Source of the DNA: Zygnema circumcarinatum SAG 698-1b
Lineage: Eukaryota; Plantae; Zygnematophyceae
Reading direction: 5' to 3'
Length of the DNA: 64,000 bases
Assembly (NCBI GenBank): GCA_037447605.1
Contig: CM074814.1
Coordinates: forward strand, 682,001-746,000
In this document: in pieces, positions 33,601 to 52,977 of the stretch
How the letters are laid out: each line of letters starts with the position of its first letter
Position numbering within the stretch: the stretch's first letter is position 1
Notes under the pieces: model-generated
Told to the model about the DNA's origin: nothing
The model's input: only the letters and a program-made list of their open reading frames with translations
Databases searched by the model: none
Made by a program: the position numbers and the translations under genes

Positions 33601-36223
33601 ACTCTCTCCACTCCACTCTCTCTCCGCTTCCCCATCTCCTCCCCTCCCTCCCATTCTCCTGACTTCTCCCAAACTCATGCTTGGTGTTGTTTCAGCCGAG
33701 GAAGTTGAGGAAGCAGAACTTGAAGCTGCGGATGAAGAGAGGAAGGTCCCTGTAGCTGTGCGCTTAAGGGGCTTAAAGTTACACCTTGGACCTGAGCTTC
33801 GTATAGTGTATCCTCTCATACTTAACTTTGCAACCAGTGGAGAACTGGAAGTTAATGGCTATGCCGACCCTCGCCAAGTGAAGCCGAGAGGGACTTTAGC
33901 ATTCGAGAGTGGAGACGTGAACTTAGTGGCAACGCAGGTAAAGTTATCTTTCAAAATACATTCAAGCTTTGCTTTGAGGATGATGGGGTGCATCGGAAGG
34001 GAAGATTGTGAGGCCGTATAGTGTGATGGTACTTTTAGTCAGTTAGTTTTAGTTAGTTTTGGTACGATTAACGTTATGTTCTGGATATGTTTTGGCTCAT
34101 GCAGGTTCGCCTGGATAGGGACCATAAAAATCGAGTCAAGTTTGAGCCCGAGCAGGTTTGCAGATCTGCCCTCTTTCAGCAGCACCACTTTTTGGGGATT
34201 GTTTGGCGTAGAATCCTATGCGAACGTGGGGGAAACAAATCTCAAGTTTTATTCTTCTATGTCATTTTGAATGGCGGGATATGGGGCAGGGCTTGGACCC
34301 CACACTTGACTTGAAGCTGGTTGGAAATGATTTCCAGCTCAGAATCCAAGGGAGGGCGACAAAGTGGCAGGTCAGTGCAGAGAACAATCTAAAACAAATA
34401 AAGAAAACAATAGAGTTTCCCATTCTCTCTCACTGAGTATGACCTTATTGATGTTATGTTGGTCCTCGCGGTCGATGAATTCCATTTTGCCTTTTTTGCC
34501 TATATTAGCGTCTTGTATCATCGCTCCATTTCTTACGAATGTGAATGTTGCCTTCTGGAGACGACGGAGTTACCTTATATTAGGGGTTGGGGTGGTGCAG
34601 GACAATGTTGTAATTGCTGGAATAGGAGAGGAGCAGAGTCTCTCTACCACAGAGGTAGGGCAGCACCCACCCTCCTCCTTGAAAGTAGCCGGGCATTCAT
34701 TGCGGATGAGTGGGGAGCTCGAAACATGAAAATCCGAGAAACCTTAACTCTTCAATACCTGAAATTTGATAAAGTATGGCATCCGGGTTCATTCATTTGG
34801 GATGTGATGTATGGGAGTGTATGTGAATGTCGCGCTTATAGGCAAAATGACATGCTTCCTATTTTACATCCGGCTTGCATATAATTTGGGTTATTAGGGC
34901 TTCATAGCTGTTCATTAGTTGGGAACAAGTCTGGAATCTTCGAATCTTCAAATAGAAGCTCTCTTAAGTCAGCCTTTGAACTCGATCCTCCAAAAGTGGA
35001 GGATGAATGTAGCTCATAATTTATTGTCTCCTTTGCTGATGTCCCTCCTCTCCCTCCTCCCCTCCCTCCCTCCCTCCCTCCCTCCTTCCTCCCCTCCTCC
35101 GCATCCCTTCGTCTCTCTCCATTGCTGATGTCCCTCCTCTCCCTCCTCCCCTCCCTCCCTCCCTCCCTCCCTCCCTCCCTCCCTCCCTCCCTCCTCCGCA
35201 TCCCTTCGTCTCTTCCCAAAAACCCACACAGGCTTCTGAGAAATTCGAAGCGAAATTGAAGGAGTCGGTCCTGGAGGCCGATGGCCAGCTCGCCTTCCGC
35301 AAGCTCGCCGCCGCCACGGTCGAAACTTTGATGCCGAAAATCGAAACGCAGGGCGAGTTCGGACAGGCGAGGTGGCGGCTCGTCTCCGCTCCGCAGATCC
35401 CAAATCTTCTCTCATTGGACCCAACTACCGACCCCTTTAAGTCGCTGGCGAATCTCTCGTTCGGAACAGAGGTGGAGATACAGTTTGGGAAGAAGGTCCA
35501 GGTAAGGAGGGAGGGAGGGAGGGAGGGAGGGAGGGAGGGAGGGAGGGAGGGAGGGAGGGATGGGGAAGGGGGATGGGAATGGGGGGGTGTGACAAATGTC
35601 ACAGCAGCAATTCGTTTATGTGGGTCTGCCTGTTTGCACCATCCTGAAAGGAGTGGTGAAGTGTGATCTGTTTACCTCCTGAAGAGAGTTTCGTTTTGTT
35701 TGTTGATGTGTGGGGCTGAGTTTGGGATATGGGGAAACTGCAGGCTTCCGTAGTGCGGCAGTTAAAAGAGAGCGAGATGGCGACGCAGTGGACTCTTCTT
35801 TACCATCTCAACAATAAACTGCGTGTGCTGTACTCATTTGTGCCTTCCATATCTCCATATCGCCTCTTCTTTGAGTACGTGTTCTTCTCTCACCTCCATA
35901 GCAGCACTCATTATTCATCATTCGCAGCAGTGAAACCCTTCAATACTGTTCCTCCAAAATCAGTCCTCTCTCCTTTGTCCCTTTTTTCTGAGAGGTTTCC
36001 TTGTGCTTGGAGCTGCTGTGGTTGAAATTTGATCGTAGGTCTTTGTAGTCCCCTACAACATGATATGATGATGTTGACTTACTTCCTCCTTTCAATTCCC
36101 TCTTTCCTTGTTCACTACCTTGCACTGCGCAGAGCCCACACCGACCATGAATGGGGCCCTGAGAAGCTTATTGACAGCTCACGGAAAGTGGTGAAGAAGA
36201 TTTGGAGCGGGAACTTGAAGTGA
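20930..36223 (+). CDS. TIC236: TIC236 / TamB (DUF490) chloroplast inner-outer membrane bridging protein, about 23 exons
   Basis: Colinear TIC236 motifs: 'LPPLAAMVSEQLGREIELGKVRRLSPLGITLGPCSVGPEEEEFSCAEV', 'FERLLEIPLDWYKGRA', 'GQRMFFH', 'AVAAYDKVPF', 'LDELEVASLRG', 'GRWRLKLDVPRAEIAEMLP', 'LHLGPELRIVYPLILNFA', 'GDVNLVATQVRLDRDH', 'MPKIETQGEFGQARWRL', 'QWTLLYHL'. Exon 1 20930-21754, exon 2 22680-24574, penultimate exon ~35744-35875, probable last exon 36133-36223. Confidence 0.93.
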
Positions 36224-36296
36224 GGAAACTCAGGGAGCTTCATTTGTGGTGGGTGCAATCAAAGGGGTCCATCCAACCCTTAACCCTTAACCCCAA

Positions 36297-37127
36297 TCTT
36301 TAAGTTGCTCCTAGTCGAACATACTGTCCGGGGTCCCTTAAATCGCTACGGTGATACTTTGAGAGCTACTCTTCTTTTTTTAAGCTCTTCCTGAAGACCC
36401 TAACGTGGTCCCTGCATCCTTTTTCTGATTTCTATTGGCTGCAGGGTGCCCATTGCGCGGCTTGCTGCCGCACAGGCAGCCGTGAAGGCTGCCGCCGTTA
36501 GACTAAGGCAAACGCCGGATTTGACTACGTCCGGGGGACGTGTCCAGGCCGCAAATGCCTAAGTCCTGGGGGGTCTATCCCTTGGCGCCAGGGTCGGTGT
36601 TGGGTCGGGACACGTCAAGGAAGTGGAGTCATCAGTTCACTGCTGCCCTTCAGACCACATTCTGAAAGAGTGTAAATTTAGCAGAAATTACTACTCACTA
36701 TCAGATACAATCGAACAGTGTAAATAGATTAGAAATCAAAAGGCTTTCTTATTTTTACCTATTGAGTATCTACTGCGTATTGTATAGCGTTACTGTAGAC
36801 CAAATACAGTAACTCAGTCACAAAGGAGAGATGCACATGTACTGTACACTGCTGAATGATGGTAAGATTTCTTCAATCAAAATTCTTGCAATATTGTCTA
36901 TGCGACCACGCTGAGTTCTGAGGCTGACCAGTTCGTCGACATTCATTTATTCATTCTTTCACTCCTGCGGAGTGGAACTTCGTCTCTGTCGACCTGTTTG
37001 GGCTTTGGAACGAGCCGTTACGGAACTTGGGCGGGGCTCGTAAGCTTCTTGGACTACTGTAGAGTGTCGTAGGCCGTTAATCCGCGAGTTACCAGCCGTT
37101 AGATTAGGGCGTTGGATAAGAGACTCA
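36297..37127 (+). repeat. Inverted duplicate of the PPDK 3' end (148 bp of last intron, terminal exon 36445-36562, downstream DNA)
   Basis: Reverse complement of 42230-43070. Encodes (R)VPIARLAAAQAAVKAAAVRLRQTPDLTTSGGRVQAANA* behind an intact ...TTGGCTGCAG acceptor. Confidence 0.95.
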
Positions 37128-37343
37128 TTGCAAAAGCAAGGGGCGTGGCCGTTTACTGCTTTACTTCAGTCCTTTTGACTATAAGGCCTTTGAGATGGAC
37201 TGTTAGTCGCCAGGTTCAGGCTTATGCTCTTGGTTATTCAGTCACCTCCCGCGGGAGATGGACCAGTGATGAACCGCCACGTGGCAGAACGTGGTTGAGA
37301 GTTTAGGCCGCTACGGGCACCCATCAGCGCGCTAGTACATGTG

Positions 37344-37933
37344 GGACATGATACGGCATGAGATGGTGTGGGCGGCCCATGGCATGGGCATGCGATGTGG
37401 GGCGAGAGGGCTATGTGCGTGACGTGGGCCAAATGGTCAATATGTATGGAATTGGAATTGGCCAATGTTGTGCATTGGCATGAGTCTGAACGGCAACGAT
37501 TGGACGTGACATGCATAGCCAATATGAATCAGTTGCAAATGACCTACAGGTGAAAGGAAGGTCACGAGTCGATTCGTTTCGTGCACTTGCAGATCTACAC
37601 ATTCACAAGGAGCCATATCTCACCTATGAATGAACAGCATTTTCACCTTACAATATAAGAATATTCTGAAACCTCCCAACCCTCGCCAAGGGCCCAACGC
37701 ATGCCCCAACTTTGGAAGGCGGGCCACCTCCAGTGTAGAAGGCCTCGACATATAAAGAATTTACCACCATGTCTGTGCCTCGCCCAGGCCGTGAAACCAC
37801 GAGACGGACCGCCTCTGGGTCGGCCAATAGAATGCCGTGACTGCGGTAGGCGCACACCGGAGACGAGTGACATTCAGGGACCCGCGTTCAAGGCACGACT
37901 TTGTGCGCGTATCCGCCAGGGGTGTGTCCCTTT
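37344..37933. repeat. Direct repeat DR1 (~590 bp)
   Basis: Aligns with 40783-41372, roughly 85% identical by eye. Confidence 0.93.
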
Positions 37934-38834
37934 AGCGACTTGCATGGGTTGCATCCCAACCCTAACTGTACGGCGCCGACCGTCCCTGAAGCCCTTTTGT
38001 CATGTTCCAGTATTGCGAGACCAGTCATTCTCATGGCATCCTCTTGAGCTGACTTTTTGCGATGACAAGAAACTTAGTCACTTGAACATAGTATGAAGCG
38101 AACAAAGAAAAAAATTACAACAAAGGAGACAAGGTGACGAGCAAGGGCTCCGTGACCAAGTTAGGGGCATTGTTCCTTGATGAGACGGAGAAAATATAGC
38201 TTCCGCGGGGGATTGGAAACCGCAACGTTCAAAGGGAGGAAGAAGAATTTTGGTAAACCCAGAATTATAGAAAGTTGATTTTTCCTTCCACTGAATATGG
38301 ACCTACAACAAACTTCTGCAGAACATAGAAGATGGAAATATTCATCCATATGATGGTGCAACAGGGAATGTATGGAAAAGGAGGAAGAAATAATGGAAGA
38401 AATGAGCGCCTTGTTCAACGCAATGTCAACGTCAAAATTTCATATCAATTAATAACACACCAATGTACACAAGTAGTATTACTACGGGAACAATATGCGC
38501 CCGCCCGCTCGCTCGCTACTTCCGAGTCTCCCGCTCAGAGCCACTCGCCCTCTTCTTGAAGCCGCAATCGAACCAGTCATGGACACCAAAACTTCCTAAG
38601 ATGTTATTTACACTATGCACAGCCTCTATCTTCCTGTTCCCTTCCTCGAATTCACGCGATTTACAGCATGTAAATCCTTCCGAGTCTGCCTCTCTCAGAT
38701 GCGCCCACCGCCGCAGTGCGCTGTTCTCGCCGACCCGACAACGAATGGTTATCGCATCATCGCCAACAACAACATGACGACCTCATGAGTCATGAAGCCC
38801 AAGTCCACCAACAACGAGCGTGACATCCGTGACG

Positions 38835-40377
38835 TCACGCTTTGGTCTTGAAGACGACGCAGCGGCGCGCGGCGGCGAACAAGCGCTCGTCGTCGGGCGG
38901 GACGTTGTACGCCAACGCGGGGCCGTACGGCACACGGAACGCCGTCACGGGCAGCAGCACGCAGCGGCCCGCATAGAACGCCGCGCCGGGCGCCGCCTGG
39001 AAGGGGCGCGCCTGCAGGACCGCGTCCTCGCCGGCGAGGAAGAACTGGTCGCCCGTCGTGGCGGCCACGGCGGGCGGCGGCGGGCAGGAGAGGACCGCGC
39101 CCGAGCCGGAGCTGTCCACCTCCACGGCGAGCGCGCGGCCCGTCACCGCCGTGCGGAGGCCGGGACTCAGCCGCCTCGCCTCGCCCGTCGCCGTCCCCAG
39201 AGAGAAGGTGGGGATTGTAGTGGAGTAGCCGTCGAAGTAGAAGTCGCACAGCTCGAGGGGAGTGGCAGGGCAGGAGGTGTTGCATGGAGGGGGGGGAGGA
39301 GGAGGGGAAGGGGGAGGAGGCGAGGGAGGGGGAGGGGACGGGGGAGGGGATGGAGGGGGAGGGGATGGGGGAGGGGATGGAGGGGGAGGGGATGGGGGGG
39401 GAGGAGAGGGAGGGGGAGGGGAAGGAGTGGGAGGGGGAGGGGATGGGATGGAAGTAGCGTTGCACGTGCCGGCAGAGATGCCTTGGGGGCCGGTTATGAA
39501 GACGAGGCAGCGGCGAGCATCGGGGTAGCGCTGTTGGTTGCCGTCACCGCGGTTGAGGTTGAGGGGGACGTCGTCGGCGGTGATGCGCAGGGACTGGAGG
39601 GGAAGAACGAAACACGAATTTTCGAAGTAGGCCTTCGAAGGCTGCATGCGCGCCACCATCGTGTGTCAGATAAAACGTGTCCAACTTTTCCCTTTAAAGT
39701 ATTCCTTTACTTCAAATACTCGGATGTTTATTCGTGTTAAATTAAAACTATCAAGCAAGCAAGATCTGACCAGCGGAAGTACAAGCACGAAACTCTTTCG
39801 CATGCTGCATTCCCCGTGCCGCCCGACGCTTACAGTGTTGAACGTGCGGAATTTGAGCGTGGCCTCCTCTCCGTTGGCATAGAACTGGTTGCCCGCGCTG
39901 ACCCGCGCCACGCCCGCGCACAGAAACGCTGCGTTGGCCGTACTGTCCACCTCCACGCTCTGCCCGCTCGCGGAGTCCACCACGACAGGGCCCACAGAAG
40001 TGTCGGGCGACCCCTCCAGGCTGCACAGGAATGCAGGCAGGCAGCCCCGCCCCCCTCCTCTGTCAGTCGGTCAGACCCACCCGGCCATCAAAAGCGGCGG
40101 CGATGCATCAAAAGCGTCACGAACGCGTGATGCCACATCGCAGCGATGCCGGGCTGCGCGCCTACCTGATGACGGGCAGCGATGCCGCGTAGCCCTCAAA
40201 GTAGAAGTCGCAGTACTGCGCGGGGCTGCTCGGACACTCCGTGAACTCTCCCGCCAACGCTGCACCGCCATCGCTGCTCGCCTTGAGCGTCCTTAACGGC
40301 CGCCCAGCTGCCGCGTGGCGCGCTGCGAGGAGAAGCATCGCGAGGGTGAAGAAGCGCGCCTGAAGCTTGGCCGCCAT
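38835..40377 (-). CDS. Secreted GC-rich protein: signal peptide, two homologous Cys-containing domains, (Ser-Pro3-4)n rod
   Basis: Exons 40377-40166, 40020-39834, 39641-38835 (GT-AG, phases match). Signal peptide MAAKLQARFFTLAMLLLAARHAAA. Domain A runs CPSSPAQYCDFYFEGY...ARRCLVFIT and domain B runs CPATPLELCDFYFDGY...ARRCVVFKT, with an SPPPP linker. Confidence 0.85.
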
Positions 40378-40782
40378 GGCGGGCGGTGCGCGCGCTGGGA
40401 GCAGGGGGGAGGGAGGGAGGGAGGGAGGGCGCTGCGCCGGAGAGCGAGACAGAGGGCGAGGGCGAGGCGGTGCTGCTCCTCGCTCTCTTTCTCTCCCTTT
40501 TATTCGCCGCGCTGCCTCCCCGACGGAAGTCAACGCACACGTGCGAGGGTCACGCGGTGGCAGGGCGGCACGTGCGAATGTCGGTGCGTACGCGGTGCGC
40601 CGCGCTTGCCTCCGGGGCGGCGCGGCGGCCGCGGACGGGACCGGACCGGACCGGACCGACCGACCGACCGGAGGAAATGGCCCCCAAACAAAAACTGACG
40701 AACGAACGAGGCGGACGGCGGCGACTGGCGGCGGGGGGGTGGGTTGGGGGCGGGGCGTGGCGGGGGCATTATTGGGGCAACC

Positions 40783-41372
40783 GGACAGATGATATGGCAT
40801 GAGATAGTGGGCGGGCCATGGCATGGGCATACGATGTTGGCCGAGAGGGCTATGTGTGTGGCATGGGCCGTACGGCCAATATGTATGGAATTGGAATTGG
40901 CCGATGTTGTGAATTGGCACGAGTCTGAGCGGCATCGATTGTACGTGACATGAATAGCCAACGTGAATCAGTCGCAAATGACCTACAGGTGAAAGGAAGG
41001 TCACGAGACGGTTCGTTTCCTACCCTTGCAGATCTACACGTTCACAACGAGCCATATCTCACCTATGAATGAACAACATTTTCACCTTATAATATAAGAA
41101 TATTCTGAAACCTCCCGACCCTCGCCAAGGGCCCAACGCATGCCCCAACTTTGGAAGGCGGGCCACCTCCAGTGTAGAAGGCCTCGACATCGAAAGCATT
41201 TACCACCATGTCTGTGCCTCGCCCAGGCCGTGAAACCACGAGACGGGCCGACTTTGGGTCGGCCAATAGGATGCCGCGACTGCGGTAGGCGCACACCGCG
41301 GACGAAGTGCTTAAGGGGACCCGCGCTCGGGGCACCTTTTTGTGCGCGCATCTGCCAGGGGTGTGTCCCTTT
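40783..41372. repeat. Direct repeat DR2 (~590 bp)
   Basis: Second copy of DR1. Confidence 0.93.
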
Positions 41373-41381
41373 GGCCACGTA

Positions 41382-42032
41382 GGAGAATGATAGACGTTCC
41401 CCCCTTTTTGGGTATCCCTTCCCCTTGTTGTTTTTTGAGAGGTAAAAATATCTTAGGGCCTGCCCGAATCCGCTCGGAGCGGAAGATCCGTCCGACTCGC
41501 ACTTGACAAGTGCGCGCGTCCCTCGGCCCGAGATCTCCGCAAATCTATGAGCTTGACCTGGCAGCTTGCGGGAAATTGGAAGCCAATCACCATATGCCAC
41601 GTGGTGTCACTTGACGTAGCAAATTTTGATTGATCCGGACCCTCGATGAAAAATGTACGGTATTTCGCCTTTCCTCGAAGCTGTGACTCTACGATGTTTG
41701 TACGAAACCTATTTGGCTACCAATTTCCGTACGGACACGTCCAGGCGCCGCCGCGTGCTGTCCGCGAACTTACCTTATACTGTAGCCGTTGTTCTGGGAC
41801 ACGTGGACGCTTGACATTCGCTGGGACCGAGCCTGGAGACCTACAGCTCGCACGGTTGCCGTGGTCGTATTTGCGAGAGAGTCGACGGTGGCGATTTAAT
41901 GCACGTGTGAAGACGTGCGAGCCGGACGGATCTTCCACTCTGAGAGGATTCGACAGGCCCTAACATATTTTTCTCTCAAAAACAATCAAGGAGAGGGATA
42001 TCCAAAATTGGGGGGGGGGGGTATCATTCTCC
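41382..42032. mobile_element. Non-autonomous long-TIR element (MULE-like MITE, ~650 bp, ~130-bp imperfect TIRs)
   Basis: The left end GGAGAATGATA..CCCCC..TTGGGTATCCC..TTTTTGAGAG..AAAAATAT.TTAGGGCCTG..GAATCC..GGAAGATCCGTCCG.CTCGCAC matches the reverse complement of ~41905-42032 (ends TATCATTCTCC). No TSD seen. Confidence 0.8.
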
Positions 42033-42804
42033 ACTAATAAATGTTTACACAAAAAAAGGACAGAACATGTTCATATTTGCGATGTCGCATTGAACACGCG
42101 CAAGAGTACAACGACCTACGGCCTACGACGAAGACGGTACGCCCCAACCCAACGGCAAATGACCCTTTTAGGCCAACGGCTGGTGAGACGCTGATTGAAC
42201 GGCTGAGAACACCCTAATCTAACGGCTGGTGAGTCTCTAATCCAACGGCATATGACGCCCTAATCTAACGGCTGGTAACTCGCGAATTAACGGCCTACGA
42301 CACCCTACGACCTCCAAGAAGCTTGCGAGCCCCACCCTAGTTCCGTAATGGCTCGTTCCAAAGCCTTAACAGGTCGACAGAGACAAAGTTCCATTCTGCA
42401 AAAGAAGTGAAAGAATGAATGGATGAATGTCGACCAACTGGTCAGCCTCAGAACTCAGCGTGGTCACATAGACAATATTCCAAGAATTTTGAGTAAAGAA
42501 ATCTTACCATCGTTTAGCAGTGTACAATATATGTGCAACTCTCCTTTGTGACTGAGTTTGCTGTATTTGGTCGACAGTAACGCTATACAATATGCAGTAA
42601 ATATTCAATTGGTAAAAATAAGAAAGCCTAATTTAATTTCAACCTATTTACACTGTTCGATCGTATCTGTAAGTAGTAATTTCTGCTAAATTTACACTCT
42701 TTCAGAATGTGGTCTGAAGGGCAGCAGTGAACTGATGACTCCACTTCCTTGACGTGTCCCGACCCAACACCGACCCTGGCGCCAAGGGATAGACCCCCCA
42801 GGAC

Positions 42805-51286
<8,482 letters not shown>

Positions 51287-51618
51287 TAAGCCGTCAGTCG
51301 AAAAGCCTTGGATTCAACTTTCAACTGCAAAAGCTTCTGCTTCACCAGCAACTTTCAATTCCTCCTATATTCGTCCAATGACGCTTCAAAAAGAGTGAAA
51401 CAAAGCCGAAATCAAGCTTGAAAACTGCAAATATTGGTGCTATCCCTGATCAAATTCGTCAATTTCATTCAATTCCCTTGCATTTCTACTTGCAGGCGCG
51501 CTTGCAAACGTTGCAGGAGAGCAGCTTCAGCCAAAGTTCTGCATTGAGCCCTGCCAGGAACAAGGAACCAAGGAGGGCGGTTTGGAAAGGGGCTGGAGGG
51601 TAGGTGCACATGGGAATG

Positions 51619-51997
51619 CCACGTGACACCACGTGTGGCCACCGTGGCACGTGCGGATGCTGACATGGTGGAGGTAGATATGGGCGCTCCACGAAACTTG
51701 GGGCACTTGGACCGACACCACTGGATCCACTCAAGTTCAACTTGAGACCCAGATTAATCTGTGATTGGCTGACCGACAAGTGGATCTGGAAAAATGTTTT
51801 AAGAGGAAGGTGAGATCAATCATTGAACACTGGAATCTGCGGAGCTCCGGGGATCATCAGTGGTTGATTCTGGCGTGTTGAACTGTTGGCTGAATGTGGA
51901 AGTGGACTCTGCGACGTTATGCGGCAAGATCGCGAGCCACGTGGGCGCGGGTCCGGAAGGCTCCATTTGACGTGGCGCCACGTGGTTCCGACGTGGC
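51619..51997. promoter_or_regulatory. G-box/ACGT cluster in the PPDK-HPPD divergent promoter
   Basis: Multiple CCACGTG/GACGTGG motifs (51619-51655, ~51937, 51969-51997). Confidence 0.4.
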
Positions 51998-52977
51998 CGC
52001 GGGCGGGCCCGATTCGCGGGGGAAGTCCGTGGGGACCGTTTCGGCGGAAAGCGACCGACTGGTCTCCCTCCAGGAGGGCCCTTCCCCATAAAACAAAACG
52101 TTTACGGGAATGAATATCGGCACACCTTTTTGTCTACATACACACCTTTTTATAAAAAAATCCCCCAAGGCCATTAAGACCCTAAAAATCTGACTGGCGA
52201 AAAAAAGTGTGTATCTAGCCAAAAAAGCGCGCATATAGCCAAAAAGGTGTGTATATATCCAAAAAGATATATAGCCAAAAAAGGTGTAGATAGCTTCCCA
52301 GTTTTAAAGAGAAAATGATGTTTGATGAAATGATGTTTTAAAGGGGATAGCTTTCAGCTCCTCGCTTTTTTCTTTTGTCCTTAGGTTCTTTGCGACCAGT
52401 TTAGTTCCTCGTGGTTCCCAATGTTGTTGATTTTGTTCATCTACATTTCATGGCATCATCGCCATCTGAGATCAATGCCACATCCTTTGCATTGTTTCTT
52501 AGGAAAAGGTGCTTGTTTGAACTCACGATGGCAAGGCCATCAAATGTACATGGATAAAATCGACATAGGCTTTTTTAGGTGACTATCTCCAATGGATACA
52601 CGTCACGAACAGAATATTACACGTGTCCGATGATTATTGGATATGGTCAGAAACAAATAACACATTTTAAGTTTTGAAATTTTGAAGCCTACATTGTAAA
52701 ATACTTTTGTCCAGTGCGAGTACCGACAATACCGTACAGTAAAACACGCTGTCAACAAACAATGTACGGTTACGCTACCGTACAGAATGAACTATTGTAC
52801 GGAGATGCTACCGTACTGAGCCTGAAGTACAGTACGGCCCCTCGTGCCGGTCCGCTAGAATCCATGGCGGCGCCACCCCCGAGGACCCACCGGCTTGAAA
52901 GGGAAAGTCCCCTCCCTCTAGTCGCTCCCTTCTCCTGCAAACCCTAAAAGCTGCCCTCTCCCTCCCCTCCCTCTCTC

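Noticed and set aside
37344-41372. LTR retrotransposon or TRIM
   Set aside because: The direct repeats lack TG..CA ends, PBS, PPT and TSD, and the internal gene keeps its introns.
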